Assembly (NCBI GenBank): GCA_038065655.1
Contig: JBBTQO010000013.1
Location: forward strand, 1-52,123
Length of the DNA: 52,123 bases
Origin: Patescibacteria group bacterium
GTDB lineage: Bacteria > Patescibacteriota > Minisyncoccia > Phycocordibacterales > WO2-35-19
Reading direction: 5' to 3'
In this document: piece by piece, positions 20,760 to 30,238 of the stretch
How the letters are laid out: the number at the start of each line of letters is the position of its first letter
How positions within the stretch are numbered: the first letter of the stretch is position 1
Position numbers and translations under genes: made by a program
Notes under the pieces: model-generated
What the model was told of the DNA's origin: nothing
Databases searched by the model: none
The model's input: the letters and a program-made list of their open reading frames with translations, nothing else

Positions 20760-20792
20760 AAAAAAAGCACCCCTACTTGGTAGCAGGGATGC
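20760..20792 (-). terminator. Intrinsic terminator overlapping the radical SAM stop codon
   Basis: 11-bp stem GCAUCCCUGCU/AGUAGGGGUGC followed by U7. Confidence 0.8.
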
Positions 20793-22329
20793 GAACGCTT
20801 ACGCGCAGAATGTTAGAAGGCAAGGGTCCCATCTGGCCCATTGAATGCTCATAGCGAGTAGACGGAGCACCAACATCGTACGGGATAGCAAGTCTATCCC
20901 GAACTTCCCGTTCCACCGCTCCGCGAATTGACACCAAGTCCTCTCTAGAGAGACCTTCTGTGAAAACGTAGGATTGGTAACCTCCATCCGGATCACCCTT
21001 ATAGTAGTCAGCGACTTCGGTAAAGTCGACTTCTACCTGAAATAGGGTGTCTCCCGTCTTTTGGTAAGTGTAGACCCAAATCCCAGGCCATTTCTGATGC
21101 GGAACAGCCAAATCGTAGTACGGTGTTCCCGGATAGCAAGTGATTATGGTCAGATCAAATGCTTCCGGCTTAACTTCAAGGAGCCAGTCTTTTGTCTCAC
21201 CTACAGTCACCATGCTTTCTCCGGGGTGGCCGATAGACATCAAAGCTTTCACTTTGAGACCATACTTTTTGGCGATTTCTACACAGCGAGTATTGTCTTC
21301 CCGCGTTGCTTTCTTGTTGATGGCTCTGAGAATACTCGGTGAACCTGACTCAAACCCCGTTAGGATCCATCGGAACCCCGCCTCATACATGGCCTCAGCC
21401 TGACTCTCGGTAAAGAGTTCAGCTTTGATGAAGCCTCGCAGACGCCATTCCACCCCCAAATCCTTTTGAGTTTTAGAGATAAGCTCCATGAGCTCGAGCA
21501 TCTTCGGATTAACATTAAGCTCGTCGTCATAAAACATAAAGCCGGAGCAGTCCATGGTCCTATGCATGTGCAACATCTCAGCAACAATGCTCTCTGAAGT
21601 ACGTGTGCGGACCCGGCGGAGCATAGGTGATTCCCTCCCACCACAGAACCCACAGTCAAATGGACAGCCGAGTTGGGCTATGAGCGAGTATGCTCGTCTA
21701 CCGTCGATTGAGTAGTGGTAACTTCCCACATCAACGAGTTCACGGGCGGGAAACGGTAGAGCAGTGAGTTTGTGGCTGGTTAGGAAAAGTGACGATTTTG
21801 GATCATCCGCATCCACTATCTTCGGAGCACCTGTTTTGTAGGCCTCAAAAATTGCTTCCTCACCATCTCCTGCCACTAAACAGTCAAATAATTTTTCGAG
21901 TGAACTCATGGCATCTACAGCCCGGCCGATTCTGCCTTCCTTGCGCTCACGCTTGAAGGCGGCATTCACAAGAGTTATGTGCGGACCACCCAGAATGATG
22001 CGAGCACCTGAACGTACAGCACGTATAGCCCTTGCAATTTTGGTTGCAGATGGAAGTTGAGGTGTTGTAGCAGTGATGCCAAAACACTTCGCCGTAGAAG
22101 ATTGTGTATGATCTGCCACGGCTTCCGTGAAATTACTGATGCCAGAGAGGTCCAGTACTTCTACCGGCACCCTCGCTTGTTCAAGTACAGCGGCAATGCG
22201 TAGGACTCCAAGTGTCATAAACACTCGCTCATCCATAAGAAAAACTGACGGAGGGATGATGAGACAAACCGGTCCCATCTTCCATTCGTGTTGAAGTAGA
22301 GACGGTAATACAATTTGTGTCAATCCCAT
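20773..22329 (-). CDS. B12-binding-domain radical SAM protein
   Basis: LGVLRIAAVL, GITATT, LGGPH, GDGEE, CPFDCGFC, YDDELN, GFESGS; likely start 22329 after SD GAAAGGAAGG. Confidence 0.88.
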   Translation of the reverse strand: MGLTQIVLPSLLQHEWKMGPVCLIIPPSVFLMDERVFMTLGVLRIAAVLEQARVPVEVLDLSGISNFTEAVADHTQSSTAKCFGITATTPQLPSATKIARAIRAVRSGARIILGGPHITLVNAAFKRERKEGRIGRAVDAMSSLEKLFDCLVAGDGEEAIFEAYKTGAPKIVDADDPKSSLFLTSHKLTALPFPARELVDVGSYHYSIDGRRAYSLIAQLGCPFDCGFCGGRESPMLRRVRTRTSESIVAEMLHMHRTMDCSGFMFYDDELNVNPKMLELMELISKTQKDLGVEWRLRGFIKAELFTESQAEAMYEAGFRWILTGFESGSPSILRAINKKATREDNTRCVEIAKKYGLKVKALMSIGHPGESMVTVGETKDWLLEVKPEAFDLTIITCYPGTPYYDLAVPHQKWPGIWVYTYQKTGDTLFQVEVDFTEVADYYKGDPDGGYQSYVFTEGLSREDLVSIRGAVEREVRDRLAIPYDVGAPSTRYEHSMGQMGPLPSNILRVSVRIPATK

Positions 22330-22573
22330 AAAAACCTTCCTTTCATTCCATAACATGTCGAAGAACTATCTTCTTTATTAATAATACACGAAATATGCAG
22401 ATATGGTCTATTGATTTATTTGGAAAAGTATTTTTTAAAACGGTAATTGCATATGCCAAATAATATCTGAAATATTTTGAATACTGGGGTAGTGATGAAA
22501 TCAAACTTATTTTTACCAAAAAACCGCACTATTTTTTTTAGAAATAGGGCACTCTACCGACAGATCCAGATTT

Positions 22574-22610
22574 AAGAAGCTTCGTGGGATGTTCCGAAGC
22601 TTCTTTTTTT
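22574..22610 (+). terminator. Terminator-like hairpin
   Basis: AAGAAGCTTCG/CGAAGCTTCTT 11-bp inverted repeat plus T-run. Confidence 0.6.
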
Positions 22611-22624
22611 GCTAGTATAATTAA

Positions 22625-23335
22625 ATGAGAGTAAATATAATTCGAAAAATTATCCAAAAAACAGGTTTTGACTTGCATCGTTATCGGTCAGCACCAGATA
22701 GGAATAAGTTTTGGCAGAGTTTTAATATCAAGACAATTTTAGACATTGGAGCAAATATTGGGCAATTTGCAAGAGAGATAAGAGAAGTACTACCAAAAGC
22801 TCAAATATACTCCTTTGAACCCTTAAAAGAGGCTTTTGGGACCCTAGAGGGTAACTTCTATAAGGACCCAAAATTTAAGGCATTTAACTATGCTTTAGGG
22901 GATAAAGAGGAAGAAGTAGAGATGCATAAAAGCGCTTATACCCCAAGCTCTTCTATATTAAAAATGGCAGAAGTCCATAAAACGCTTTTTCCTCATACCA
23001 AAAACAGCCAACCCGAAAAAATAATCGTCAAAAAACTAGATGATGTGGCCAAAGATTTAAATCTAGATACGAATGGATCAATTTTAATAAAAGTAGATGT
23101 GCAAGGGTTTGAAGACAAAGTTATAGCGGGTGGGATAGAAACTTTCAAAAAAGCCAGTGTAGTTATAATTGAAAATTCTTTTGTAGAGTTATATAAAAAT
23201 CAACCTCTTTTTGATGATATTTATCAAAAATTAAAAACCTTAGGTTTCGTTTACAAAGGTGGATTGCAAGAAAAATTAAATAAAAAAACCGGTCAAATCA
23301 TATCTGAAGATTCTCTTTTTATTAAGTCTCTATGA
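22625..23335 (+). CDS. FkbM family methyltransferase
   Basis: DIGANIGQF, SFEP, KVDVQGFE, LYKNQPLF. Confidence 0.9.
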   Translation: MRVNIIRKIIQKTGFDLHRYRSAPDRNKFWQSFNIKTILDIGANIGQFAREIREVLPKAQIYSFEPLKEAFGTLEGNFYKDPKFKAFNYALGDKEEEVEMHKSAYTPSSSILKMAEVHKTLFPHTKNSQPEKIIVKKLDDVAKDLNLDTNGSILIKVDVQGFEDKVIAGGIETFKKASVVIIENSFVELYKNQPLFDDIYQKLKTLGFVYKGGLQEKLNKKTGQIISEDSLFIKSL

Positions 23336-23549
23336 CATTTATAGCTTGAGCCGGGCAACCGACGCTCGCCTCTTTTGCTTTAGTCAATTGTTCAGCTGTT
23401 AATTCAACTGAAACTGCCTCAACCAAATTGCCATCAGATTTTAGCTTACCTTTAAAATTTTCCTCATCATATTTAAATAGTTCTGGAAAACAATTCATAC
23501 AAAAACTGCAACCGATACATTCTTTTTGATTAATAGTTATTTTAGGCAT
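23322..23549 (-). CDS. Single-cluster ferredoxin
   Basis: CIGCSFC...CP near the N-terminus and CPAQAI at the C-terminus; 75 aa. Confidence 0.85.
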   Translation of the reverse strand: MPKITINQKECIGCSFCMNCFPELFKYDEENFKGKLKSDGNLVEAVSVELTAEQLTKAKEASVGCPAQAINVIET

Positions 23550-25011
23550 GAATTGATTTTAATTTATTTTTTAACCAAACAATAGTATAAATTTCAATCG
23601 GCCAACGCCAAAAATTATTTTTAAACCTAATAATAATAAAAAACCTAAAAAATTTGATGGCCAAATGCCGAATCACACTCCTGAAAGATTTGTGGTTTAA
23701 ATCTTTCAATTTTTTACTATACCAAGCAAAAGGACTGAGTTCGTGAATAATTTCATATTCACTCTGATTTTTAAGCCAAGGCAAATATGCTTTACCCCAA
23801 AAATAACTGCCCCATGCTCCTAAACTCTGCGGTGGATTGAAACCTAAAGTTAAAGCTTTTATAAATAAAGCAGTGCCCGGATAAGGAATATAAATCCACA
23901 AAGGATAGACCGAGGCTTGGCTATAAATTTTTTGAATTTTCAATATTAAATCTATAGTTTTCTGTCTTTCTAGTATGGTCTCCGTCGGCCAACCAATCAC
24001 AAATGAAAGCATCAATTTTAGATCCAAAGATTTAGCCACCTCAACCGCTTTGATGGTTTGTTCCACCGTAATACCTTTTTGGATAACTTCTTTCAAAACT
24101 CTGTTAGAGCCACTCTCACAACCCACCCGCAATTCACAAAGTCCACTGGTTTTTAAACTTTGTAAAAATTTAAAATCAAAATAATCTACTCTAGCATCAA
24201 CCGAATATTTGATTTTCAAATTTTGATTATTTATTAATCTAGCAAACTCTAAGGCTCGCGCACGATCTACCACAAAATTGTCGTCATGAATAATAAAATA
24301 ATTTATATTATAATTTTTATGCAAAAATTCTAATTCCGCAAAAGCTTTTTCGGCCGTTTTGGCTCGCCATTTCTTTTTATTAAAGTTCAAATTGTAACAA
24401 AAACTACAAGGGAAAGGACAACCTTTGCTAGTATAAAAATTGATAACTCGTTCGTCCGAATTAGGTGACAAAACCTTAACATACCGCTCTACTTCAATTA
24501 AATCCCAAGCTGGCATAGGTAATTCGTTCATATCCAAAAAATCATCAGTAATTTTATTGGTTCTTAATTTCCCATTTTCTTTCCAACCCAAATTATCTAT
24601 TTCTTTTAGGGAAGTATTGTTTTCTAAAGCTAAGAGCAGAGATTTGAGAGGTTTTTCCCCTTCACTTACTATCACAAAATCAATCAAGGGATTTGCTAAA
24701 GTTTGTTCAGGGAAAAAGGTAGGGTGGATACCACCAGTTATTATATTTATACTTGGGTCGATAGTTTTTATTTTTTGACTAACCGCAATTACTTGCAAAA
24801 TACAACTACCAGTTAGCATACTAAACCCAACAGCTAAAGGTTTCTCTTTTTTAATCAGGTTATAAAGTTCGTTTTCTGAAGTCAAACGTAAATCCACAAT
24901 CTTCACATCAAAATCAGCCCAAATATAAGCAGCCAAACTCATTAAACCTAACGGGGCATAAGTGGTAGAATTTAAACCATTTTCAGGTTGTACTAAAATA
25001 ATTTTTTTCAT
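23542..25011 (-). CDS. B12-binding-domain radical SAM protein (class B methylase-like)
   Basis: PLGLMSLAA, GGIHPT, SEGE, GCPFPCSFC, HDDNF, GCESGS. Confidence 0.9.
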   Translation of the reverse strand: MKKIILVQPENGLNSTTYAPLGLMSLAAYIWADFDVKIVDLRLTSENELYNLIKKEKPLAVGFSMLTGSCILQVIAVSQKIKTIDPSINIITGGIHPTFFPEQTLANPLIDFVIVSEGEKPLKSLLLALENNTSLKEIDNLGWKENGKLRTNKITDDFLDMNELPMPAWDLIEVERYVKVLSPNSDERVINFYTSKGCPFPCSFCYNLNFNKKKWRAKTAEKAFAELEFLHKNYNINYFIIHDDNFVVDRARALEFARLINNQNLKIKYSVDARVDYFDFKFLQSLKTSGLCELRVGCESGSNRVLKEVIQKGITVEQTIKAVEVAKSLDLKLMLSFVIGWPTETILERQKTIDLILKIQKIYSQASVYPLWIYIPYPGTALFIKALTLGFNPPQSLGAWGSYFWGKAYLPWLKNQSEYEIIHELSPFAWYSKKLKDLNHKSFRSVIRHLAIKFFRFFIIIRFKNNFWRWPIEIYTIVWLKNKLKSIHA

Positions 25012-26111
25012 TTCATTAAATCTTCAAAAGATTTTTTATACCACGCTAAATTTTGTTCCAAATTTGGTAATGCTAATACTAGTTTTTTAGCATCAGTTAC
25101 TATTTTTGAATTAAAATCTTGATCAAGAATTATTCTGAGCATGGCGGATGTCAAAGCCTCTTTGTCGCCAATTTTTATAACTGCCCCGCTCTCTTCATTC
25201 TTTATAATTTCTCCCGCACAACCAACATCGGTCATAATAATCGGCAAATCGAAACTAACGGCTTCAATCACCACCACTCCCCAACCTTCATAATTTGAAG
25301 TCAACAAAAAAGCATCTGCTCCTCCATAAAACTTTTCCAAATCATCTTGCCAGCCCCAAAATTTAATATTATCAGATATTTTTAATTGCTGACTTAATTT
25401 TTTTAACTTATTTTTTTCTGGACCATCACCTACAATCCAAAGTTCAGTTTGGGGATTAGTTTTTAAAATTTCAGCCATAGCCTCAATTTGCAAAGCTATA
25501 TTTTTAACATTAACCAACCGGCCGACAGTTAAAAAAATGAACTTGCCTTCGGTTTTAATTTTTTTAATCTCCAAACTTTTATCACTAATTTGAGCATAAA
25601 CCGGTATAACCACTATTTTTGAGGCCGATAAGCCTAGTTTAATAAGACTTTCTTTAGTTCTTTGACTAACCACTCGGACTCCATCGGCCTTTTTGATTAA
25701 AAATTTACCCAGATAAAATTTTAGTCTATTAAAAAAATGTTCTTCCAACCAATAGCGAGAACCAAAATAATCTCCATGCATTTGAACCTGTAATTTTAAT
25801 CCGTATCTTTTGGCTAAAAGCCAAGCCAAAAATCCCAATTCAAAAGGGTCTTGAGAACTAATCACATCATATTTATATTTTTCAATTAGCTTTTTACCCA
25901 AAAAATAAGCATCTACTAAATAATTTAATTTACTAAATGAATTGGTCGGAACAATTTGCATATTGCCAGACTGGATAGTTTGCTTACTTTTTTTAGTCAA
26001 AACAATGAGGTCATATCTTTCAAATAAAGGAGCGTAGTTTACAACTCTTTCTCGAGACTTAGAATTTTCTTCAAATAATTTTTTTTCTAAACTGATATTT
26101 AAAATTTTCAT
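25008..26111 (-). CDS. GT4 glycosyltransferase
   Basis: TVGRL..VKN, TSNYEGWGVVVIEA. Confidence 0.88.
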   Translation of the reverse strand: MKILNISLEKKLFEENSKSRERVVNYAPLFERYDLIVLTKKSKQTIQSGNMQIVPTNSFSKLNYLVDAYFLGKKLIEKYKYDVISSQDPFELGFLAWLLAKRYGLKLQVQMHGDYFGSRYWLEEHFFNRLKFYLGKFLIKKADGVRVVSQRTKESLIKLGLSASKIVVIPVYAQISDKSLEIKKIKTEGKFIFLTVGRLVNVKNIALQIEAMAEILKTNPQTELWIVGDGPEKNKLKKLSQQLKISDNIKFWGWQDDLEKFYGGADAFLLTSNYEGWGVVVIEAVSFDLPIIMTDVGCAGEIIKNEESGAVIKIGDKEALTSAMLRIILDQDFNSKIVTDAKKLVLALPNLEQNLAWYKKSFEDLMK

Positions 26112-27148
26112 AAAATTATATTTAAAATATCTTTAGCTAGTATTTTGGGAGTAAATTTTTCTTGGTAGAGCTTATAGCCATTCTCCCCTATTTTATTTCT
26201 TAATTCTGCATTTTCTTTTAATAAGAGTATTTTATTTTTTAAATCTTGTGGATCTGCCGAATTTACAAACAAAAGACTTTCTCCGTCTTTTAAAATTTCG
26301 GTAATCGGTGCTGTGCGAGCTGTGATATAAGGTAGTCCTAAAGCAAGTGACTCAAAACATTTGTGGGGAATAGTGCGCTTTAGCCTCTCATGATATTCAA
26401 ACTGCCCTAAAGAAACATGGCATTCTAGCATTTTTGTTCTCAACTCATTATATGATAAATTTCCTGAAATAAATTCTAAATTTTTTAATTTAAAATTTTG
26501 TATTTGTTTTTTTATATTTTTCTCTAACCATCCATTACCTACAATCAAAAAATCTACATTTTGATCTTCAAGTAGTTTGACAGTTTCTATTATATATTTT
26601 ACTCCGGCTTCAGGCAAAAACTTGCCTCTAAATAGTACAGTAAATATCTCTCTTTTTTTAATACTGGGATTAGGGTAAAACACCGAATTATCCGCTCCAG
26701 TATAAACAACTTTGTATTTAGAATTTTTACCAAATTTATTTTCAAAATATTTTCTTTGTTCTTCGCTTTCAACTAGCACAATATCAGCACATTTCACTGC
26801 CAGCCAATCTATAAATTTTATATAATAATACTTAATACTTAATACATTATACTGTTGTCTGGAGATCATCACTCCCTCTTCCATAGTGCAAAGCGCGTCA
26901 AAAATAACCTTTTTATTTGATAAGAGTTTTGCAAACCAGACGACCGCATGACCGGGATAACCAACTATTAAAAAATCATAGAAATTTTTGGTTTTAGAGT
27001 GTTCTTTAAACAACTTCCAATATTTTAAAAAGCCTTTTGAATCATCTCTACATTCTAATATTTCTACTCCATTTTTTTTGAGTCCTTTTATATATATTCT
27101 GCTTCTTCCCCATTCAGAGTTATATGTACCAAAATAACAAATTTTCAT
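26108..27148 (-). CDS. GT4 glycosyltransferase
   Basis: FRGKFLPEAG, IPHKCFESLALGLP. Confidence 0.82.
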   Translation of the reverse strand: MKICYFGTYNSEWGRSRIYIKGLKKNGVEILECRDDSKGFLKYWKLFKEHSKTKNFYDFLIVGYPGHAVVWFAKLLSNKKVIFDALCTMEEGVMISRQQYNVLSIKYYYIKFIDWLAVKCADIVLVESEEQRKYFENKFGKNSKYKVVYTGADNSVFYPNPSIKKREIFTVLFRGKFLPEAGVKYIIETVKLLEDQNVDFLIVGNGWLEKNIKKQIQNFKLKNLEFISGNLSYNELRTKMLECHVSLGQFEYHERLKRTIPHKCFESLALGLPYITARTAPITEILKDGESLLFVNSADPQDLKNKILLLKENAELRNKIGENGYKLYQEKFTPKILAKDILNIIL

Positions 27149-28815
27149 TTTATTTTTGCATTATTACAGTCTAGTACTTGAGCTGTTATGTATCCATCTT
27201 TTCTTTCATATATATTTTTGCAGGAATTTAGATAATTATAATAAAAATTATTATCCCCTATTTTTGGTATATTTATGTAAAGAATTTGGCCTGAAAAAGT
27301 TTTGAAAAAATCTTTATACGTATCTTCAAACTGGGGTGCTGCGTATAATCTTCTTTCATACTTTCCCAGTTTTTGAATTTCATAACCTCCTATATCGTTA
27401 TAAACTAACACCAATTTTATATTTTGATCTTTAATAATAAATTCTTTCGCATCTCGAAAGAGATCATAAGGACTACCATTAATTTTACCGAACAAATATT
27501 CTTCGATAAATACAGCATTGTATAAAATTCCTAAAACTAAAATACCAAGCAATAATTTTTTTCTGACTAAAATTAAAGAAGTTACCCAGATAAGAGCAAT
27601 AAACAAAAAAGAAATATAAAATCCAGTTGGCCCAGAACCACCGGTAAAGGGGAACAAGAAGTCCCATTTTAATGACACCAATCTTGCTAGCCACTCTGTC
27701 TTTGGATAAAGAGGCGGTACAAAGTGATTTAAAAATTGGAGAGAAAATATTATTATAGTAATAACTCCAATGGCAATCCCCTCTCTTGTAATAAGAGAGG
27801 GGCCAAGCGGAGCGAGAGAGGGTGAGTTATTTGATTTAGAGAAATTTTGCGAGAAAATAGATCCAGCAATAATACAAAGTGGAATAATGAGAAATTGAAA
27901 ATATCTATCCAAAGCTCCGATAGAAAAATCAAACAAAACCAAATAAAACAATAAACCTAAACCGATAAAAATAAAAAAGACTCTCATTTTTTTAAATATC
28001 TCTTTATCTACAAAAATAATTGATAAAACAAGGAGGGGTGAAGTATACATCATAGATTTGGCAAACTGAATAAATGTCTGGAGCCAGCCCCTGCCACCCA
28101 ATTTAAAAAAATGTTCCCAATATTTTACTGATGCTTCTAGGTTAAAAAATGGGAATATCAATTTTGCTAACAGGAGTAACAGTCCAAGAGCAATAGCCCC
28201 ACCAATCATAAAAAGTAAGTATTTTAAAATTTTCTTTCTGTCACTAAAAACATTTTTCTCAAAGGCAAAATCCAGCGCCAGCGCCCCTATTGCTATTACA
28301 AAACTGGCCTTTACAAAAAACCCCCCAATAGCCCCGATAATTAATAGACCTATCCAAATTAAATTTTGAAAATTGAAAATTCTAAATTGAAAATTCATTT
28401 TTCTTAATCTAAAATATCCTATCAACATAATTAAGAAAAATGACGGCATCACTGCTCCATCAATATCAACCATTAAACTCGCGAGGACAGAATAAAAAGA
28501 AATAGCAAAAAGTCCCACGCTCCAGAGAGCAGTTTTTGTGTTAAAAATTATCTTTACTAAATAAAACAAAAGAAAAAGATTTATAAAAGAAAATAGAAGT
28601 GGAATCAATCTAAAATTATCTGGCCCAAAAACTTGACCTAGATTTTTGTATATAAACTGCCCTACTGGAGGATGTGGTATATAACCATTGTCACTCAAAA
28701 CAATATTCGGCCACTTATACTCATCTTGATGATAAAGGTGGTTGATAGCGGGCAAACGCAGTGCAAGAAAAAGAACTACTATTCCAGCAAAAATAAAAAT
28801 TTCTTTTTTATTCAT
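27145..28815 (-). CDS. GT-C (PMT_2/ArnT-like) polytopic membrane glycosyltransferase
   Basis: HQDE, HPP, many TM helices, DRYF; start MNKKE at 28815 overlaps the upstream gene end. Confidence 0.7.
   Translation of the reverse strand: MNKKEIFIFAGIVVLFLALRLPAINHLYHQDEYKWPNIVLSDNGYIPHPPVGQFIYKNLGQVFGPDNFRLIPLLFSFINLFLLFYLVKIIFNTKTALWSVGLFAISFYSVLASLMVDIDGAVMPSFFLIMLIGYFRLRKMNFQFRIFNFQNLIWIGLLIIGAIGGFFVKASFVIAIGALALDFAFEKNVFSDRKKILKYLLFMIGGAIALGLLLLLAKLIFPFFNLEASVKYWEHFFKLGGRGWLQTFIQFAKSMMYTSPLLVLSIIFVDKEIFKKMRVFFIFIGLGLLFYLVLFDFSIGALDRYFQFLIIPLCIIAGSIFSQNFSKSNNSPSLAPLGPSLITREGIAIGVITIIIFSLQFLNHFVPPLYPKTEWLARLVSLKWDFLFPFTGGSGPTGFYISFLFIALIWVTSLILVRKKLLLGILVLGILYNAVFIEEYLFGKINGSPYDLFRDAKEFIIKDQNIKLVLVYNDIGGYEIQKLGKYERRLYAAPQFEDTYKDFFKTFSGQILYINIPKIGDNNFYYNYLNSCKNIYERKDGYITAQVLDCNNAKIK
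27771..27830. repeat. Palindromic element family A, in frame inside the GT-C gene
   Basis: Perfect 10-bp inverted repeat CCCCTCTCTT/AAGAGAGGGG; reverse complement closely matches intergenic 39208-39265. Confidence 0.85.
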
Positions 28816-28819
28816 AATT

Positions 28820-29467
28820 TTATTTTTTCTCCCCCACAAAAAGCATCTGACCAGCGAAAGGTTTAAATGGGGAATAAATGTAAGTGCGAACAACGTATGG
28901 TAAGAGAAAATTGGGAATAAGAGAAGAATTAGAACGCATTGAAAATGGCAAGAAACGCGACATTTTCAATAAAATTTTAAAATTATAAGAAAGAAGAAAA
29001 CTTTCCAAAGCAAAATCGCTAAAAACTTTTTTATGAGTTGGGTCATCAAAATAATTTTTATATGATAACCTATAATTCGGTTGCATTAGTATCAATTTGC
29101 CATCCTTTTTTAATACTCTATTTATTTCCTTCATAACCTTTCCAAGCTCTTCATCAGTAAAATGCTCAAATAAATTACTGGCGTGCATTACATCTACCGA
29201 ATCATTTTTGATTTCAAAAAGATTCCAAGCCGGTTGATTTATCTGGATTGTATCTTTATTTGCAAACTTTGAAAGTTCTGGCGAAATATCTACCGCATAC
29301 TTTTTATCGGCTTTAATATTGTTTATAAAATCACAATAACCTGCGCCCAAATCAATAATCACTCCGTTTTCTGGGATATATTTTTTTAAGAATTTTACTA
29401 TTTCTTTCCACACAATAGAACGTGATGGATTGAATGTAAATCTGGATTCGTAATATTTATCTTTCAT
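28820..29467 (-). CDS. Class I SAM-dependent methyltransferase
   Basis: IDLGAGYC, SNLFEH, VLKKDGKLI, DDPTH. Confidence 0.85.
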   Translation of the reverse strand: MKDKYYESRFTFNPSRSIVWKEIVKFLKKYIPENGVIIDLGAGYCDFINNIKADKKYAVDISPELSKFANKDTIQINQPAWNLFEIKNDSVDVMHASNLFEHFTDEELGKVMKEINRVLKKDGKLILMQPNYRLSYKNYFDDPTHKKVFSDFALESFLLSYNFKILLKMSRFLPFSMRSNSSLIPNFLLPYVVRTYIYSPFKPFAGQMLFVGEKK

Positions 29468-30177
29468 ATTTTTTTAAATCTATATTTAATAATTACCGGC
29501 AACATTTTTAATCCCAGTTTGGCCGCTCTCCAGACACTACCAGTATATCCAGATTTACCAATTCTCTCTTGGTATATTACTGGTATTTCTATAATCTTCT
29601 TATCATGCTTCAGAAGCCATATCATAAGCTCAGGACTAAAAGTACCATCTCCGCGGGAATAATCAAAATATTTTTTAATTTCTTCCAAAAGCTTTCTATT
29701 TATAAGTTTATAAGTACAACCCACATCTGTGAGTACTGGCCCGTTAAAAAGAATTTCCACCGCCTTAGCCCACAGCCAATTACCGAAACGCACCGGGAAC
29801 GGCATAAAAGCTCCCGAGTAAATCGCTGCTCGAGAAGTACGCGTACCCAGTACCGCTTCAAAATCAAAACTATAAGCGAGAAATTTTTCTATATCTCTCG
29901 GTCTAAAAGTGCCGTCTGCTTCAGTCATTACTATCAAATCGCCTTCTGCTTCTTTCAACCCTTTCATAATTGCGTTGCCGTATCCTTGTTTGGACTCATA
30001 GATTAAGCGAGCTTTCGTCTTCTTCACTTCCTCATCAGTATTTTCTAATGCATTATTATTAACCACTACCACCTCATCCACCAAACCAGTTTCAAAAAAT
30101 CCGTCAATAACAGATCTGATACTTTGGGCTTCATTATACGTTGGTATAACTACACTGACTTTTTTGCCTTTATACAT
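29464..30177 (-). CDS. GT2 polyprenol-phosphate glycosyltransferase (DPM1-like)
   Basis: VIPTYNE, QGYGNA, EADGT, LGTR, DVGCTYK. Confidence 0.88.
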   Translation of the reverse strand: MYKGKKVSVVIPTYNEAQSIRSVIDGFFETGLVDEVVVVNNNALENTDEEVKKTKARLIYESKQGYGNAIMKGLKEAEGDLIVMTEADGTFRPRDIEKFLAYSFDFEAVLGTRTSRAAIYSGAFMPFPVRFGNWLWAKAVEILFNGPVLTDVGCTYKLINRKLLEEIKKYFDYSRGDGTFSPELMIWLLKHDKKIIEIPVIYQERIGKSGYTGSVWRAAKLGLKMLPVIIKYRFKKI

Positions 30178-30238
30178 AGGTTAACATTATTAGAATATTC
30201 AAATAATTACAAGGCTGTTTTTATGCTATTATTCTGGA

